A stretch of 64,000 nt of DNA, taken from contig NC_068984.1 of the NCBI RefSeq assembly GCF_001194135.2, forward strand, positions 69,949,524-70,013,523, written 5' to 3'. The notes beneath the pieces are model-generated. The model was not told the DNA's origin. It made no database searches and saw only the letters and a list, made by a program, of their open reading frames with translations. This stretch comes from Octopus bimaculoides (taxonomy: Eukaryota). Position numbers and translations under genes: made by a program. The first letter of the stretch is position 1, and each line of letters starts with the position of its first letter. Positions 62,302-64,000 of the stretch are shown here, piece after piece.

Positions 62302-63558
62302 TCAGCTCATCCTGTAAAAAATGCAGTTTTTTAATTACATGAACTAAAAGTCAGAAGTGGACAGGATAAACTACTTGCATCAGCTTACCATAAAAGCAGG
62401 TAGTAATTTTACCTTGTCCTTATTCTTAGTGCAAGTTTCAAAGAGTTCAGTTCGATTTTAACAGTTATTTTTTCAAAGCTACAATGGAAGTGACAAAGGC
62501 AACAAGGCAATGGAAAGTGTGAGGAATAATAAGGCAGTATATGGGGATCAGACAATAAGCATAAGCCAGTGTTAACGGTGCTCTCAGAAATTCTGAGCTA
62601 GAAATTACAGCCTAGAAGACAGCCTTCTCCTTGAAGATCTGTAGTGCTCGATGAGGACGCCCTGCAAACTCTGGTGGGACAAAATCTCACCGTAACTCTT
62701 GAGGAACTAGCAAAGAAGCTTGGATTTTGTTGTTGAACCATTCATCAATACTTGCGTGACATCAGAAAAGTCAGCAAATTTGGTCAATTGATCCCTCACA
62801 AACTTTCTGAGTCTAATCACATGCAGAGAGTGCATGTGTGCTCACCTTTGCTGCCATGTCGTACAAATGAACCTTTTTTGGACCGAATAATGACTGGCGA
62901 TGAGAAATGGATTCTCTATGAAAATGTCAAGCATTGAAGACAGTGGGTAGGGTAAAGAGAAAAACCAGCACCCAGGCTAAATGTCTTCACCCTCATAAGG
63001 TGTTGTTATCTGTTTAGTGGAATATAAAAAGTTTAGTCCACTTTGAACTTTTAAAAACGAAACGAAACGAAACTAAACCAAACGAAAACAAAGAGATCTA
63101 CTGCAAGCAATGGGAGCAGCTTAAGTCAGCACTAAAAGAAAAATGACTATCTTTGGTTTCAAGACAAAATGTGTTCTTCCATCAGGATAATGTTTGGCCA
63201 TGTACCGTGAGAATGAAATTCCAAAGTCTGGAGCAGTTTGAAGGGGAAACGATGTCCCACCCACCATACTCACTGGACATTGCCCCATCTGGTTATCATT
63301 TATTCCGCAGTCTTCAAAATCATATGGATGAAAAATATATGAATTCTGTAGATGAGGTCTAAACAGTACTGGAGGAGTATTTTTCATCATGGAGAAGTGA
63401 ATTTTGGAAGAGGGGCCTTGCCAGTCTACCAGATAGATGAAAGAACATTGCAGAAAATGAAGGAGAGTATATTTTAAATCAAAAAATGAACTTGTTTATC
63501 TTAATTTTGATTTATAATAGAAGTATTAAAAAATCGCATTATTTATGGAATGACCCAA
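62302..63558 (+). mobile_element. Near-complete dead mariner (DD34D-type) transposon; transposase ~62484-63480
   Basis: Degenerate TIRs (tcagctcatcctgtaaaaaatgc / gcattatttatggaatgacccaa) flanked by TA; TGDEKWILY, HQDN, HPPYSLDIAPSGYHLF. Confidence 0.88.
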
Positions 63559-63569
63559 TACATATATAT

Positions 63570-63778
63570 ATTCTTTTATCGTTTTATTCTTTTACTTGTT
63601 TCAGTCATTTAGCTGTGGCCATTTGAGGCACCACCTATAGTCGAACAAGTCGTCCTCAGGACTTATTCTTTGTAAGCCTAGTACTAATTTTATCAGGCAC
63701 TTTTACCAAACTGCTAAGTTACGGGGACACAAACACACCAACATCAGTTGTCAAGCGATGGTGCTGGGGAAAAACACA

Positions 63779-63818
<40 letters not shown>

Positions 63819-63966
63819 TATGTATATATGACAAGCTTCTTTCAGTTTCCGTCTACTAAATCCACTCACAAGGCTTTGGTTGGTCCGAGGCCATAGTAGA
63901 AGACACTTGCCTAAGGTGTCATGCAGTAAGACTGAACCCGGAACCATACATCCACTCCTGCACCTA
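63570..63966 (-). mobile_element. SINE family B
   Basis: Reverse complement of the family B head, spacer and tail. Confidence 0.88.
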
Positions 63967-64000
63967 TATATAATATACATGTATACATATACATGCATAT

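Overview
AT-rich, microsatellite-dense animal genomic DNA from a gapped short-read assembly (many N runs, several flanked by duplicated contig ends). The SINE families and the simple-repeat style look like those of an octopus/cephalopod; this is inference from recognition, not a database result. I find no intact protein-coding gene, tRNA gene, rRNA or CRISPR array, and most long ORFs in the track are microsatellite or N artefacts. The window is a nested graveyard of transposable elements: one complete but dead hAT (Buster/Charlie-type) element with TIRs and a near-perfect 8-bp TSD, several IS630-Tc1-mariner elements (mariner, maT/DD37D-like, Tc1, pogo), RTE and R4/Dong-type LINE fragments, a Penelope-like element (RT plus GIY-YIG), and dozens of SINE copies from at least four families. 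The most notable signal is about eight dispersed type I hammerhead-ribozyme-like motifs on both strands. Two have fully intact catalytic cores. Most share the minimal stem III with a palindromic or near-palindromic tetraloop typical of Penelope-element pseudo-LTRs, several have unusually long stem II extensions, and they lie in or beside microsatellites, some within tails-out inverted repeats. Two well-signalled candidate exons on the minus strand near the left edge may belong to an unidentified host transcript.
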